Notes: generated from the letters alone by a model not told the origin. DNA of 64,000 nucleotides from Planctomycetota bacterium (GCA_038060895.1 JBBTCT010000015.1:32001-96000), one strand, 5' to 3'; shown: positions 27,901 through 44,071, counted from the first letter of the stretch. Made by a program: numbers and translations.

Positions 27901-29040
27901 CTACTCCATCACTTCCAATTCCTCAACTTCGATGACCTTCGGCCCGTCTTCCCATCCCTCCGGCGGATCGTGAATCGTCCCCTTCGTGATGCGAATCCGG
28001 TTGTGCCAGTAGCGCCGCAGATCGAGCGTATCGCTGTGCAGGTAGTACAGCGTCACTCCCGCTTCCACGACCTTGTGCGTCCCGGGCCGGCCGAACATCG
28101 AACCGACCTCCTCTACCCAACCCTGCGCGACGGCCTTCTTGTCCGACCCCTTCTTGACCGACTTCGCCGCCTGCTCCAGCTGCCACTTCTGCTCGAGCTC
28201 CGCAATCCGCTTCTCGTACTCCGACTTCTGGACCTGGCTGGTCTCGTCCAGCGACTTCACGAGGCTCTGGAGTTCCTGGAGGCCACGCAGGTAGTCGGCT
28301 TTCTCCTTCGCGCGCGCGGTCGTCTTTTCGTCCACGCCTTCCGACGCAGCGATTTCGTCGAACGCGGAGATCGCGGCGCCGTAGTCGCGCTCAGCGGGTT
28401 CCGCCTCGCCCTGTTCCTTCAGGAGCGCCTCGGCCGCCTGCCACGCGGTCAGCCGGGCCTTGGACTTCTCTTCGCCCGCGATCCGATCGCTTTCCTTCCG
28501 GGCTTCCTCCCCCTGGATCGCCGCGTAATCGCCCTTCACGGAAACGAATTTCTTCGAGACGAACGCAAAGACGCCTTTCGGCGGCTCGATCTTGAAGTAG
28601 GTTCCGATGGAATCCTGGCCGACGATCTTCACGGATTCGCCGGGCTGGAGCTGGCCGATGACGGGGTGAGAAGTGTCGGGTGTGGGGCGCAGGTTGATGT
28701 TGTCGCCCTTGACGGTCCCGGTGTCGCCGCTGCGGTCGATGTACTGGGCGGAAACCCAGCAGGCGGCGGACTTGGGTGCGAGGATCTTGAAGAAGTCGCC
28801 GGATTCGCCGGCGATGAGGACTTTGTCGCCCTTGTTCGCGACGCACACGATGCGGTGATTCATCGTGTTGCCGGCGCGGACATTGACGTTGGCCGCTGAG
28901 ATTTCTCCGAGGACCAGCTTTTCCTCGGCGGCAGCGGCGGGTGGTGCGTTTTCGGGCGTTTTGGCCGGCTCGTCAGCTAGCGCGCCGCCCGACAGGGCGA
29001 GCGCCAGCGCGAGAACGGCGGGCGGCGGGATGAAGCGCAT
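27901..29040 (-). CDS. Secreted protein with two bacterial SH3 domains and a coiled coil
   Basis: Signal peptide; NVNVRAG...CWVSAQYI and NINLRPTP...AFVSKKFV SH3b-like repeats. Confidence 0.85.
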   Translation of the reverse strand: MRFIPPPAVLALALALSGGALADEPAKTPENAPPAAAAEEKLVLGEISAANVNVRAGNTMNHRIVCVANKGDKVLIAGESGDFFKILAPKSAACWVSAQYIDRSGDTGTVKGDNINLRPTPDTSHPVIGQLQPGESVKIVGQDSIGTYFKIEPPKGVFAFVSKKFVSVKGDYAAIQGEEARKESDRIAGEEKSKARLTAWQAAEALLKEQGEAEPAERDYGAAISAFDEIAASEGVDEKTTARAKEKADYLRGLQELQSLVKSLDETSQVQKSEYEKRIAELEQKWQLEQAAKSVKKGSDKKAVAQGWVEEVGSMFGRPGTHKVVEAGVTLYYLHSDTLDLRRYWHNRIRITKGTIHDPPEGWEDGPKVIEVEELEVME

Positions 29041-29123
29041 GGCGGGGTTCTCCTCTCTCCGGTGAAATGTTGAAGGGCTACGTCGGTGTATATCGGAAGG
29101 GGGGAGGGAGGAAGTGGAGCTGA

Positions 29124-30788
<1,665 letters not shown>

Positions 30789-30847
30789 CGATTGCGAGCC
30801 GGCCCGGGCTTGCCCGGGCCTGCTCGGCGCTTTGCGCGAGGTCGAGC

Positions 30848-30933
30848 GACAAATCCCAACTCCAACTTCAACCCCAAATCCCAAGTCGTTAATACAATTG
30901 GGGTTGGGGTTGGAGTTGGAGTTGGGATTTGTC
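30848..30933. repeat. Fold-back hexamer array (CCAACY/RGTTGG)
   Basis: 30-bp arms at 30848-30877 and 30904-30933 are reverse complements with one mismatch. Confidence 0.85.
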
Positions 30934-31095
30934 ATTCTTCGGCGCGCTCCGCGCAGAGCAAAGCGCATCTGACGAAGTTCAGCCGAACTTTGTATTGACC
31001 TTCGCCGATAAACCCTTATCCTGCCGCCCCTTCCGCGCCCCCCATGTCAGGGGGGCGCGCCCGTTTTTCAGGAAACCCGCAACATGATTCGCCCC

Positions 31096-33195
<2,100 letters not shown>

Positions 33196-33214
33196 GGGTC
33201 CGGTGAAACAGGTT

Positions 33215-33253
33215 CGCGGGCCGGGGGAGCGATTCCCCGGCCCGCGTTGTTTT
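33215..33253 (+). terminator. Terminator after fusA
   Basis: CGCGGGCCGGGG-N8-CCCCGGCCCGCG-TTGTTTT. Confidence 0.8.
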
Positions 33254-33356
33254 GCGGGGCGACGACTTTCTTCCAAAGGACTCATCGCGCCCCTACCTCA
33301 TTCCCCACAGGCGCCTGCGTGTTAACATCCGGCCCTCTACCTCGGAGATTCCGACC

Positions 33357-34091
33357 ATGGCCGTTCCCGCCCAGCCACGCGCCCCGATGCTCGACGCCGT
33401 CGGGATCCTGAAGGAAGCCTGGGAACTCTTCACCCGCCAGTGGCAGGCCTGGCTGCTCATCGGGCTCTGTTTCATGCTGATGGCCTTGTGCCTTGCCGTG
33501 ACCTGCATCGGGATCATCCTCATGGGCGCGCTGCACGCCGGCCTGTACGTCGCCGCGTTCAAGCAGCTGCGCGGGCAGACCCCGGAGGTGCGGGACCTGT
33601 TCGAAGGCTTCCAGTGGTTCGGCCCCACGACGCTCCTCATGATCATTTCCGGGTTCTGCGTCTTCCTGGGCATGCTCTGCTGCATCATCCCCGGGCTCGT
33701 CCTTGCCGTCTGGTGGTACTTCGCCCTGCCGCTCTGCGTTTCGCACGGCCTCGGCGCGACGGACGCGATGGCGATGTCCAAGGCGAAAGTGAAGGAGGGA
33801 TTCTGGGACGTCGTAGTCCTGATCCTGATCATCATCGCGGTGAATTTCGTCGCGGGCATGGTTCCCTTCGGCCAGATCCTGGTCGGCCTTCCGATCCAGA
33901 CGCTCATGATCGCCATTGCTCACCGCGACCTGTTCGGCCTCGAGGGGGCTCTTCCCCCGGTCGGTCGCGGGCCGGCGCCTTCAGTCCAGGGCGTGATGCC
34001 GGCGCAGGGAGCGGTCGCGTGTCCGAAGTGCAATGCGCCGAACGTGCCGGGGCACAAGTTCTGCACGGCTTGTGGTGGGCTCATTGCGTAG
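33357..34091 (+). CDS. Integral membrane protein with C-terminal zinc ribbon
   Basis: Several TM segments; CPKCNAPN..KFCTACG. Confidence 0.8.
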   Translation: MAVPAQPRAPMLDAVGILKEAWELFTRQWQAWLLIGLCFMLMALCLAVTCIGIILMGALHAGLYVAAFKQLRGQTPEVRDLFEGFQWFGPTTLLMIISGFCVFLGMLCCIIPGLVLAVWWYFALPLCVSHGLGATDAMAMSKAKVKEGFWDVVVLILIIIAVNFVAGMVPFGQILVGLPIQTLMIAIAHRDLFGLEGALPPVGRGPAPSVQGVMPAQGAVACPKCNAPNVPGHKFCTACGGLIA

Positions 34092-34235
34092 GAAAACGAC
34101 AACAACGAAACGAAAAACGAAAAAGTAAAAACGAAAGACGAAAAGAACGGCCAGGCCGCTCTTGAACATGGCCTGGCCGCTCCTTTCGTTTTTCGTTTTT
34201 ACTTTTTCGTTTTTCGTTTCGTTGTTGTCGTTCTC
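34092..34235. repeat. Long fold-back heptamer array (AAAACGA/TCGTTTT)
   Basis: Arms of about 66 bp (34092-34157, 34170-34235), nearly complementary, with a 12-nt loop. Confidence 0.9.
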
Positions 34236-34274
34236 GTTGCGACGCCCCTCCCGCCGGACTAGACTCATCCGCAC

Positions 34275-34817
34275 ATGCGCCTCTCCATGGAAATCTTCGG
34301 CATCCCCCAGGACCACGTCGACCCCCTCAAGAAGGCCGTCGACGAAGCCTACGCCAAGTTCCTCTACAAGGACGGCAGCGCCAAGGCCAAGACCGTCATC
34401 AAGAAACACGAGGGCACCTGCCCTTTCACGGGCAACCGCTGGATCCACGTCCTCATCGACGGCCTCGAAGCCCTCGAACTCAAGGACGTCTCCCGCTTCC
34501 AGGAATCCGTCTACCGCGCCCACCCCCTTCGTACCGATCCCGTCGTCGCCGACAACATGTACCTCAAGCTCGAACAGGCGGCCGCCGCGGAAGCCGAAGC
34601 GGAGGCGGCGGAAGAGGGCGAGGAAGAACTGGCCTGCTGGGTCTGCTCGCGGGTCGACGGCGAAGAATGCTACGACTACGATTCGAGCGAGGCGTATACG
34701 ATCGAGGTCCGTTTCCACGAGGATGCCAAGGTCCCGCTGTGCAGCGTCTGCCTGCAGCTCTTCCTCTATCACGACGAGTGGGAGGACGAGGATGCGGAAG
34801 AAGGAGAGAGCGAATGA
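34275..34817 (+). CDS. Hypothetical acidic protein with Cys pairs
   Basis: CPFTG, CWVC, CSVC and Glu/Asp-rich tracts. ATGA overlap with the next gene. Confidence 0.7.
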   Translation: MRLSMEIFGIPQDHVDPLKKAVDEAYAKFLYKDGSAKAKTVIKKHEGTCPFTGNRWIHVLIDGLEALELKDVSRFQESVYRAHPLRTDPVVADNMYLKLEQAAAAEAEAEAAEEGEEELACWVCSRVDGEECYDYDSSEAYTIEVRFHEDAKVPLCSVCLQLFLYHDEWEDEDAEEGESE

Positions 34818-35659
34818 AGCGCGCGTGGTGGATCGTTCCGGCGGCGGTTCTGTTGCTGGTTGGGTGCGACATGCGCTCGCCGGCGCAGAAGAAGAAGGAA
34901 GCCGAGGAAGAGGCGAGGCGCAAAGCCGCGGCGAACGCGGGTCCGGTCGTGCGGCCGGAACCACCTGAGGAACCGCACGTGCTGGTCAAGGCGGCGTCCG
35001 GAGGGGCGGAAACGGTGCAGCGGGCGTCGGTGGCCCTGGTCAAGGTCGGCCGCGACGGCGTGATCGAGTGCTCGCGCCTGACGTTCGAGATGGGACAGTT
35101 GCGCAAGACGGAAAAGGGCGGCGCTTCCTCGAGCAGCGGGTGCTGCACCGCGACGGATCCGCCCGAGGTGCGCGCGATGGGCGGGATCTTCGACCAGCTG
35201 CGCGGTTCCGCGTACACGGCCGCTTCGCCGCCGTGCGAGGAGCCCGTCATCCTGGACGGGGACTACAAGGCGAGCTGGCTCCATGCGCGCAAGGTGCTGG
35301 AGACAATGGCCCGCGCGAACATGACGCGGCTATTTTTCGCCACGAGCACGAAGCCGGAGAGCCTGCAGGGGATTCCTGCGAAGCTTCCCGCGAACTGGAA
35401 CGCAGCCGAAGCGATCCCGGCGAAGGCGAAGCGGGTGGACGTGGCCGCGAAAGGGAAGGACCTGCAGATCTCGATCGACGGCGCCGTCTACAAGGACGTT
35501 GCGTCTGCCGTCAGTGCGCTTCAGAAGGCCGGCGTGACGGAGATCGGGATTCATCCTGCGGACTCGAAGACGCCGCTGTGGGCGGTTGTGAAGGGGGTGG
35601 AGATTTCCAATTCGATTGCGCCGGCGGGGCCGGTCCGGTTCGTGATGGTGGACCGCTGA
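34814..35659 (+). CDS. Lipoprotein with ExbD/TolR-like periplasmic repeat(s)
   Basis: Lipobox LVGC. PVILDGDYKASW..VLETMARA...LFFA resembles the ExbD C-domain. Confidence 0.6.
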   Translation: MKRAWWIVPAAVLLLVGCDMRSPAQKKKEAEEEARRKAAANAGPVVRPEPPEEPHVLVKAASGGAETVQRASVALVKVGRDGVIECSRLTFEMGQLRKTEKGGASSSSGCCTATDPPEVRAMGGIFDQLRGSAYTAASPPCEEPVILDGDYKASWLHARKVLETMARANMTRLFFATSTKPESLQGIPAKLPANWNAAEAIPAKAKRVDVAAKGKDLQISIDGAVYKDVASAVSALQKAGVTEIGIHPADSKTPLWAVVKGVEISNSIAPAGPVRFVMVDR

Positions 35660-35669
35660 CGCTCCCTTA

Positions 35670-37850
<2,181 letters not shown>

Positions 37851-37853
37851 CCG

Positions 37854-39344
37854 TCAGCCTGGCTTGCGGGCGGCGACGCCGGCCATCAGCAGCTTGGCGA
37901 TTGCCCACTCGGTGGCGCGTTCGCTTGCGTCGCCCAGTCCCGGGTCCATGGGGCGCGTGCCTCCCAGGACGAGGCGCCGGCCTTCTCCTGCGGCCTGAAG
38001 CGCGATTTCGAGCCCGTCGACGCGGCCGAAAAACGTTCCTTCTTCGGCGCCGGGCAGAGGCACGAGGGGGACCTCGAATGCCCTGGAGACTCGCTCGGAC
38101 AGTTCTTCGACGGTCAGGGAGGGAGTGAGGATGAGTTCGCTGCGGAAGCGTTCGCCGACTCTCTCGACCGGGATGCCGTAGGGAGTCGGATTGGCAGTCG
38201 GGATCGCGCCGGGCTGTTCCATGCGCGGCACCGGGACGGGCGGATAGGACGGCAGGCGGCTCGACACGGGGGAGTCCTCGGCGGCGGCGGGCGCCTGGGA
38301 AGGCGTGCGGCGGGCTTGCGGCGGCGCCGGGGCAGGAGGAGCCGAAGCCGGCTTGCGGGCGGCCGGGCGGTCGGTTGCCGGCCGACGGACGGGCGGCGGC
38401 GCGGCGGGAGCGGGCGTCGCTTCACGAACCCGCAGCGCGGGGTCGGCGTAAACGGGCACGACAAACGTCGCGTTCCCCGCGGCTCCCGGGGCCCACGGGC
38501 CGACTTCGAGTTCCCAGAAGCGCGACGGTTTCCGGAAGCGAGTGGCAAGCGAAGGCGGGGCGGAGATTTCGAGGATGACCTCGACGACGCCACCGACGAT
38601 CTCGGCGTCCTCCGTCCAGCGCCACAATTCGCGCACGGTCACCTGGCCGCCCGCCCGGCCTGCGATCTCGAGGCAACGAAGCGTGGCGCGCATCCGCGGA
38701 CCGTAACCGAGCATCCGGGGTGTTGGGAGGTATCGAGCCTGGAGCGTTCCCCCGGTTGCGAACGGGTAGGTATGGAACTGGAGCCGGCCGCGGCCGCGCA
38801 GCTTGAGCACGACCATGCCGAAGAGGGCCAGCGCGAGTTCGACAGCCGCGGGCGCAAAGAGGAGCCCGGCGAAGAACCGGTTCGTGTGAAGGCCGGCCGT
38901 GTAGAGGATCCAGCCGGCCGGAACCATCGCAGCCAGCGCAATCGGAACCGCGACCAGCCGTTCCCTCACGCGCACGGCAATCCGGTCGCCCACCCCCTCC
39001 GGATCCCAGGGCCACTCCCACTTCCAGGGGCCCACCGGCCTGAAGTGCGCCCCGCGCCCGCGTGTCAGTCCCCGGAAGACTGCCGCGATTCCCTGCGCGA
39101 AGAAGACGGCGCCAAGAAACGCGAGAAAGGCCTGGGCTGCCTGAAGCTCAATTCCAAGAACGAGTTTTCCGGCCAGCAGCGCTTCTCCACGGAAGACCAG
39201 CGCGACGGCGGCGGCCAGGAAGATAGCGCCAGGCAGGAGGTGAACGACGCGCGAGCCCTCCGGTGCCGCTGGAGGCGCGCGATGATAGGTCGCGCCCTGG
39301 TCCGGTGATTCCTTCGCCGCTTGAACGGGCGAATCCTGGCCCAT
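37854..39344 (-). CDS. Hypothetical membrane protein with Pro/Ala-rich linker
   Basis: About 4 TM segments, WKWEWPW, Pro-rich region. TAGAAT lies 6 nt before the ATG. Confidence 0.65.
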   Translation of the reverse strand: MGQDSPVQAAKESPDQGATYHRAPPAAPEGSRVVHLLPGAIFLAAAVALVFRGEALLAGKLVLGIELQAAQAFLAFLGAVFFAQGIAAVFRGLTRGRGAHFRPVGPWKWEWPWDPEGVGDRIAVRVRERLVAVPIALAAMVPAGWILYTAGLHTNRFFAGLLFAPAAVELALALFGMVVLKLRGRGRLQFHTYPFATGGTLQARYLPTPRMLGYGPRMRATLRCLEIAGRAGGQVTVRELWRWTEDAEIVGGVVEVILEISAPPSLATRFRKPSRFWELEVGPWAPGAAGNATFVVPVYADPALRVREATPAPAAPPPVRRPATDRPAARKPASAPPAPAPPQARRTPSQAPAAAEDSPVSSRLPSYPPVPVPRMEQPGAIPTANPTPYGIPVERVGERFRSELILTPSLTVEELSERVSRAFEVPLVPLPGAEEGTFFGRVDGLEIALQAAGEGRRLVLGGTRPMDPGLGDASERATEWAIAKLLMAGVAARKPG

Positions 39345-39430
39345 GCCGGCATTCTACGCTGGCGCGCGCGATCGCAGCGGGCCGATCTCGGCCTACTTGT
39401 GAGGCGGCAACGAATCTGTCTTGACAAGAG

Positions 39431-39462
39431 CGTGAATGATAATCATTCACAGCATGAATGGA
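39431..39462. repeat. Palindromic direct repeat, copy 1 (just past the ATPase stop)
   Basis: CGTGAATGATAATCATTCA-CAGCATGAATGGA. Confidence 0.85.
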
Positions 39463-39464
39463 TT

Positions 39465-40709
39465 TCACAGACCCAGCGCGGTCCCAAGCGGCACCGCCCA
39501 CACCCGTTCCGCGATGCGCTCCAGTTCCTTGCCGTTGTGAAGCAGCAGGCCGAACGGAGCGAGCGCACCGTACTCCGAGAGAAAGGTCTGCACGTGGCGG
39601 GCGTCGTGCAGGGACGGTTTCTGCGACGATTTGATCTCGATCGGAATCACCTTTCCGGACGTCTCAACGACGAAGTCCACTTCTTCACCCGTCGACGTCC
39701 GCCAGTAACACACCGCCGGACGCGGAGTGCACGTCTCTGACCACGCCAGCAGGTCAAGCAACACGAGGTTTTCCAGCAGGAATCCGCCCATCCCGCTTCC
39801 GCGCAACTCGAGCGGGGATTCCACGCCGGCGAGGTGCGCGGCCAGCCCGGTGTCGCACCAGAACAGCCGCGGCGTGCGGATGAGTCGCTTGGTGCGGTTG
39901 ATTGCGTACCCGGGAACCCTGTGGATCAGGCAGGTGGCCTCGAGCAGGTTGAGGTAGCGGTGGACTGTCGGCTGCGGCATTCCGGCGTCGCGGCTGAGGT
40001 CCGTCTGGTTGACCATGGCGCCGGTGCGAAGTGCCGCCATCCGCATGAGCCGGCGGAAGTCCGCAAGGTCGGCCACCGTGGAAATGTCGCGCAGGTCCCG
40101 CTCGAGATAGGTGCGGACGTAGCCGTCGAGCCAGAAGCGGCGGTGCGCGTCGCCGCGAACGAGGGCGGCGCCGGGGAAGCCTCCCCGGAAGAGCCGATTG
40201 GGAAGATCGTCCAGGTGACGCCCCGGTGACCTGAGGCGGCCAGGGTCGGTCAGCAGGCGATCCCACGGGCCCGTCGCTGCGTGCCCCGCAATTTCCGACA
40301 CGGTGAGCGGGTGCAGTTCGAAATAGGCCGCGCGGCCCGCAAGCGACTCGGAGACCGATTTCAGGAGCGCCAGGTTCGCCGAACCCGTGAGAAGGAACCG
40401 TCCGGGCCTGCGACTGCGGTCTACTTCGCGCTTTACCGCGACCAGCACGCCCGGCGAGCGCTGCACTTCGTCCACAACGACAGGCCAGCGTGCCTGGAGA
40501 AGAGCTGCCGGTTCGCGGCGGATGCGATCGAGAGTGTCGTAGTCGTCGAGAGTCAGGTATCGCATGCGGGGCCCAGGGAGCAGATGGTGCACGAGCGTGC
40601 TCTTGCCCGTCTGGCGCGCGCCCGTGACGATGACAACGGGCATGGTCCGCATGGCGGCGCGGACGGCAGGGGCAATGTGGCGGGGAAGGAGTTTTGTGCC
40701 GTTACTCAT
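39465..40709 (-). CDS. AAA_14 + DUF4143-type ATPase (AAA, wHTH, C-terminal REase-like EIK motif)
   Basis: TGARQTGKST, VDEVQR, LTGSA, ESLAGR, GGFP, TYLERD, DTGL, LENLV, YWR..EVDFV..IEIK. Confidence 0.92.
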   Translation of the reverse strand: MSNGTKLLPRHIAPAVRAAMRTMPVVIVTGARQTGKSTLVHHLLPGPRMRYLTLDDYDTLDRIRREPAALLQARWPVVVDEVQRSPGVLVAVKREVDRSRRPGRFLLTGSANLALLKSVSESLAGRAAYFELHPLTVSEIAGHAATGPWDRLLTDPGRLRSPGRHLDDLPNRLFRGGFPGAALVRGDAHRRFWLDGYVRTYLERDLRDISTVADLADFRRLMRMAALRTGAMVNQTDLSRDAGMPQPTVHRYLNLLEATCLIHRVPGYAINRTKRLIRTPRLFWCDTGLAAHLAGVESPLELRGSGMGGFLLENLVLLDLLAWSETCTPRPAVCYWRTSTGEEVDFVVETSGKVIPIEIKSSQKPSLHDARHVQTFLSEYGALAPFGLLLHNGKELERIAERVWAVPLGTALGL

Positions 40710-40711
40710 GA

Positions 40712-40743
40712 CGTGAATGATAATCATTCATACGATGAATGAA
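40712..40743. repeat. Palindromic direct repeat, copy 2 (just before the ATPase start)
   Basis: CGTGAATGATAATCATTCA-TACGATGAATGAA. The 19-bp core is identical to copy 1; 28/32 overall. Confidence 0.85.
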
Positions 40744-40848
40744 CAGACAAATCGCGGACTGACGTCGCGGCTGTCGGCAAGACGGCCTCCTGGTCGTTCG
40801 ATCGCTTCATTGCCTCCACTATCCGATTTCCGGATCATGCCCGCCCCC

Positions 40849-42846
40849 ATGAGCCTCTCCCTTTCTTCACTGAACGCCGCGCAACGCAAGGCGGCCGAGA
40901 CGCTGGAGGGACCGGTGCTCGTGCTCGCCGGAGCCGGGACGGGGAAGACGAAGGTGCTTACGACGCGGCTGGCGCTCCTCCTCTCGAAGGGCCACAAGCC
41001 CGCTTCGCTCCTTGCCGTGACTTTTACGAACAAGGCGGCGCGCGAGATGAGGGCGCGGGCGGTGAAGCTGGCGGGGCCGCCGGCGAAGGAAGTCTGGCTC
41101 TCGACGTTTCACTCGCTGTGTGCGCGGATTCTGCGGAAGGACATCGAGGTCCTCGGGTGGCGGAGGGACTTCGCCATCTACGACGACTCGGACCAGGAGT
41201 CGGTCGTACGTTCCGTCCTCAAGGAATTGCGCGTCCCCGGCGTGCAGGCGACGGCGGATGTCGTGAAGTGGCGGATCGGTGCGGCGAAGAACCGGGGGTG
41301 GGGCGCGGCGGAGATGGCGAAGGAGTCCGGGGACGACGTGGACATCGTCGCGGCGCGCGCGTTCGAAAAGTACCAGGCGGGGTTGAAGTCGCGCAACGCG
41401 CTGGACTTCGACGACCTGCTGTCGCTGACGGTACGGCTTTTCCGCGAACACCCGGGCGTCCTGGAAAAGTATCGCAAGCAGTTCCGCTACCTCATGGTCG
41501 ACGAGTATCAGGACACCAACGCGGTGCAGTACGAGATCGTGCAGTCGCTCGCCGGGAAGCACCGGAACCTCTTCGTCGTTGGCGACGACGACCAGTCGAT
41601 CTACGGGTGGCGCGGGGCGGATCACGCGCACATCCTCCACTTCGAGGCGGACTTCCCGGGGGCGACGGTCGTGCGGCTCGAGCAGAACTACCGTTCGACC
41701 GAGGCGATCCTCGAGGCGGCCAACGAGTTGATCCGGCACAACGCGGCGCGGCATCCCAAGACGCTCTTCTCGAAGCTTGGCGCCGGCGCCCCGGTGCGCA
41801 CGGTGCTGCTTTACGACGAACGTGCGGAAGCGCTCTGGGTCGCGGATCAAATAAAAACATCGGCGCGCCGCCGCTCCGCCTTCGCGGTCCTTTTCCGCAC
41901 AAACGCCGAGACCCGCCCCTTCGAGGAACAGCTGCGCCTCGCCCGCATCCCCTACAGCGTCGTCGGCGGCCAGCGCTTCTACGACCGCCGGGAAGTCCGC
42001 GACGTCCTCGCCTACCTCCGCGTCGCTTCCAACCCGCACGACGACGCCGCGCTCGCGCGCATCGCAAACGTCCCGCCGCGCGGCATCGGCGAAACTTCGA
42101 TGGAGAAGCTCGACACCTTTGCGGCGTCGAAAGGCCTCCCGCTCTTCGACGCGTTCCGCCGTGCCGACGAGGCCGGCCTTTCGCCGGGAACCGCCGAGTC
42201 CGCGAAACGGTTCGCGGCGAAGGTGGAGGCCTGGCGGGGAAAAATCGGAAAGGACGCGGCCCGTGGCGCGCGCGACATGGTCGAGGACCTGGATCTCTTC
42301 GGCGAGTTGCGCCGCGAGACGGAAAACACGGAATCCGCGGAAGCGCGCGTCAATTCGATCGAGAGCGTTCTCGACGACCTCTCGGCGCACGCGCGCGGCG
42401 GCGGCGACCTGCGCGGTTACCTTGAGAAGGTCGCGCTCATGGACAAGGAGGAGCCGGACGACGAACAGAAGGAGGCGGTCACGCTTCTGACCGCCCACGC
42501 GGCCAAAGGGCTGGAATTCCCCGTCGTTTTCGTCGTCGGGATGACCGACGGCATCTTCCCTCACCGGCGCTCGACGGCGGACGAGAAAGGACTCGAGGAG
42601 GAGCGGCGGTTGCTCTATGTCGCGATGACGCGTGCAAAAGAAGAGCTCGTCCTGACGCGTCCCGAGCACCGCACCAGCCGCGGAAAAACCGGGAAGTCGC
42701 TTGCGTCTCGCTTTCTCGTCGAACTCCCCGGCCATGTCCAGAGGGAAGCGCCCGGCAAGCGCGAACTCACCTCGGACGAGACGGCTGCACTGGACGCGAA
42801 GATCCAGGCGATCCTTGCGGGCGGCGAGAGGCCGCCCACTACTTGA
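40849..42846 (+). CDS. UvrD/Rep/PcrA family DNA helicase
   Basis: LAGAGTGKT, TFTNKAA, VDEYQD, VGDDDQSIYGWRGA, QNYRS, HAAKGLEF, EERRLLYVAMTRA. Confidence 0.96.
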   Translation: MSLSLSSLNAAQRKAAETLEGPVLVLAGAGTGKTKVLTTRLALLLSKGHKPASLLAVTFTNKAAREMRARAVKLAGPPAKEVWLSTFHSLCARILRKDIEVLGWRRDFAIYDDSDQESVVRSVLKELRVPGVQATADVVKWRIGAAKNRGWGAAEMAKESGDDVDIVAARAFEKYQAGLKSRNALDFDDLLSLTVRLFREHPGVLEKYRKQFRYLMVDEYQDTNAVQYEIVQSLAGKHRNLFVVGDDDQSIYGWRGADHAHILHFEADFPGATVVRLEQNYRSTEAILEAANELIRHNAARHPKTLFSKLGAGAPVRTVLLYDERAEALWVADQIKTSARRRSAFAVLFRTNAETRPFEEQLRLARIPYSVVGGQRFYDRREVRDVLAYLRVASNPHDDAALARIANVPPRGIGETSMEKLDTFAASKGLPLFDAFRRADEAGLSPGTAESAKRFAAKVEAWRGKIGKDAARGARDMVEDLDLFGELRRETENTESAEARVNSIESVLDDLSAHARGGGDLRGYLEKVALMDKEEPDDEQKEAVTLLTAHAAKGLEFPVVFVVGMTDGIFPHRRSTADEKGLEEERRLLYVAMTRAKEELVLTRPEHRTSRGKTGKSLASRFLVELPGHVQREAPGKRELTSDETAALDAKIQAILAGGERPPTT

Positions 42847-42898
42847 TCGGCATTTCCGCGGTCAACCGGTAGAATCCGCGCCCTGCCAGAACTTGGGA

Positions 42899-44071
42899 AT
42901 GCGCGTCATGGCCAGGAATGCCAGCTCACTTCTGCTCGTCTTCGCGATCCGTCGCGGCCTTGTCAGCGCGGAAGCGGCGCTTCGCATCGCCGACGACTGC
43001 GATTCAGGTGGCGATTTGCGCCGCCTGCTGCTCGAGACAGGCCGGCTGGACGAACCGCAGCTCAAGGCCCTGGAAGCAGAGGCCGAAGCCTGGCGCGCGG
43101 TGCGCACGCAGAATCCCGTGGAACTCGAAGCCGCGAACCGGTCCGACGTCACGGTGCCGATGCTGCCCTCGGATCCGTCAGAGGCTCCACTTCCGGCGGT
43201 TCGGCCTGCTTTCCGCTACGTTCTCGGGGAGGAACTGGGAAGCGGCGGCGTGGGGCGGGTCGTCGAGGCGATAGACCAGGACTTTGGCCGGCGGGTGGCG
43301 CTCAAGATCCTGAAGCCCGGGGCGGGGCGCGCTGCGGTCGAGCGGTTGCAGACCGAGGCGCGGATCACGGGCCAGCTGGAGCACCCGAACATCGTGCCCG
43401 TGCATGAAATCGGGACGCTTCCGCGGACGAACGAAGTGTTCTTCTCGATGAAGCGCATAGTCGGGCGGGACATGCGGCAGGTGATCCGCGACGGTACCTG
43501 GAGGCCGCGCCGGCTGGTGGAGGCGTTTCGCGACGTGTGCCGGGCCATTGCGTACGCGCACGCGAAGGGGATCATCCACCGCGATCTCAAGCCGGCGAAC
43601 GTGATGCTGGGGGATTTCGGGGAAGTGCTGGTCGTGGACTGGGGTCTTGCCCGGGTGGTGGGGCCGCGCGTCCTGACCGGGGAACCCGGTGAACTCGTCG
43701 CCGAGCCTCGGCGCCTGGCGAAGACGCCCTCGGGGCTGGTGCGCGGGACGCCGAGTTACATGTCGCCCGAGCAGGCGGCGGGGAACACGGAACTGATCGA
43801 CGAGCGGAGCGACGTCTATGGCCTGGGCGCAACCCTCTACGAAATCCTGTCCGGCCGGGCGCCCTTCGAGAGTCCGGCGCTCGCTGAAACGATCAAGCTC
43901 GTCCTTGCGGGCAATCCGCCTCCACCGGCGAAATTCCGCAAGACCGCCCCGGAACTGGACCGTATCTGCCTGAAGGCGATGGCCCTGAAGCGGGAAGACC
44001 GGTACGGCTCGGTGGTGGAGATGGGCCAGGATCTCGAGGAGTTCCTGCAGGGACCGGCCGAGCTACTTTGA
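42899..44071 (+). CDS. Hanks-type Ser/Thr protein kinase
   Basis: GSGGVG, VALK, HRDLKPAN, DWGLA, GTPSYMSPEQ. Confidence 0.93.
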   Translation: MRVMARNASSLLLVFAIRRGLVSAEAALRIADDCDSGGDLRRLLLETGRLDEPQLKALEAEAEAWRAVRTQNPVELEAANRSDVTVPMLPSDPSEAPLPAVRPAFRYVLGEELGSGGVGRVVEAIDQDFGRRVALKILKPGAGRAAVERLQTEARITGQLEHPNIVPVHEIGTLPRTNEVFFSMKRIVGRDMRQVIRDGTWRPRRLVEAFRDVCRAIAYAHAKGIIHRDLKPANVMLGDFGEVLVVDWGLARVVGPRVLTGEPGELVAEPRRLAKTPSGLVRGTPSYMSPEQAAGNTELIDERSDVYGLGATLYEILSGRAPFESPALAETIKLVLAGNPPPPAKFRKTAPELDRICLKAMALKREDRYGSVVEMGQDLEEFLQGPAELL

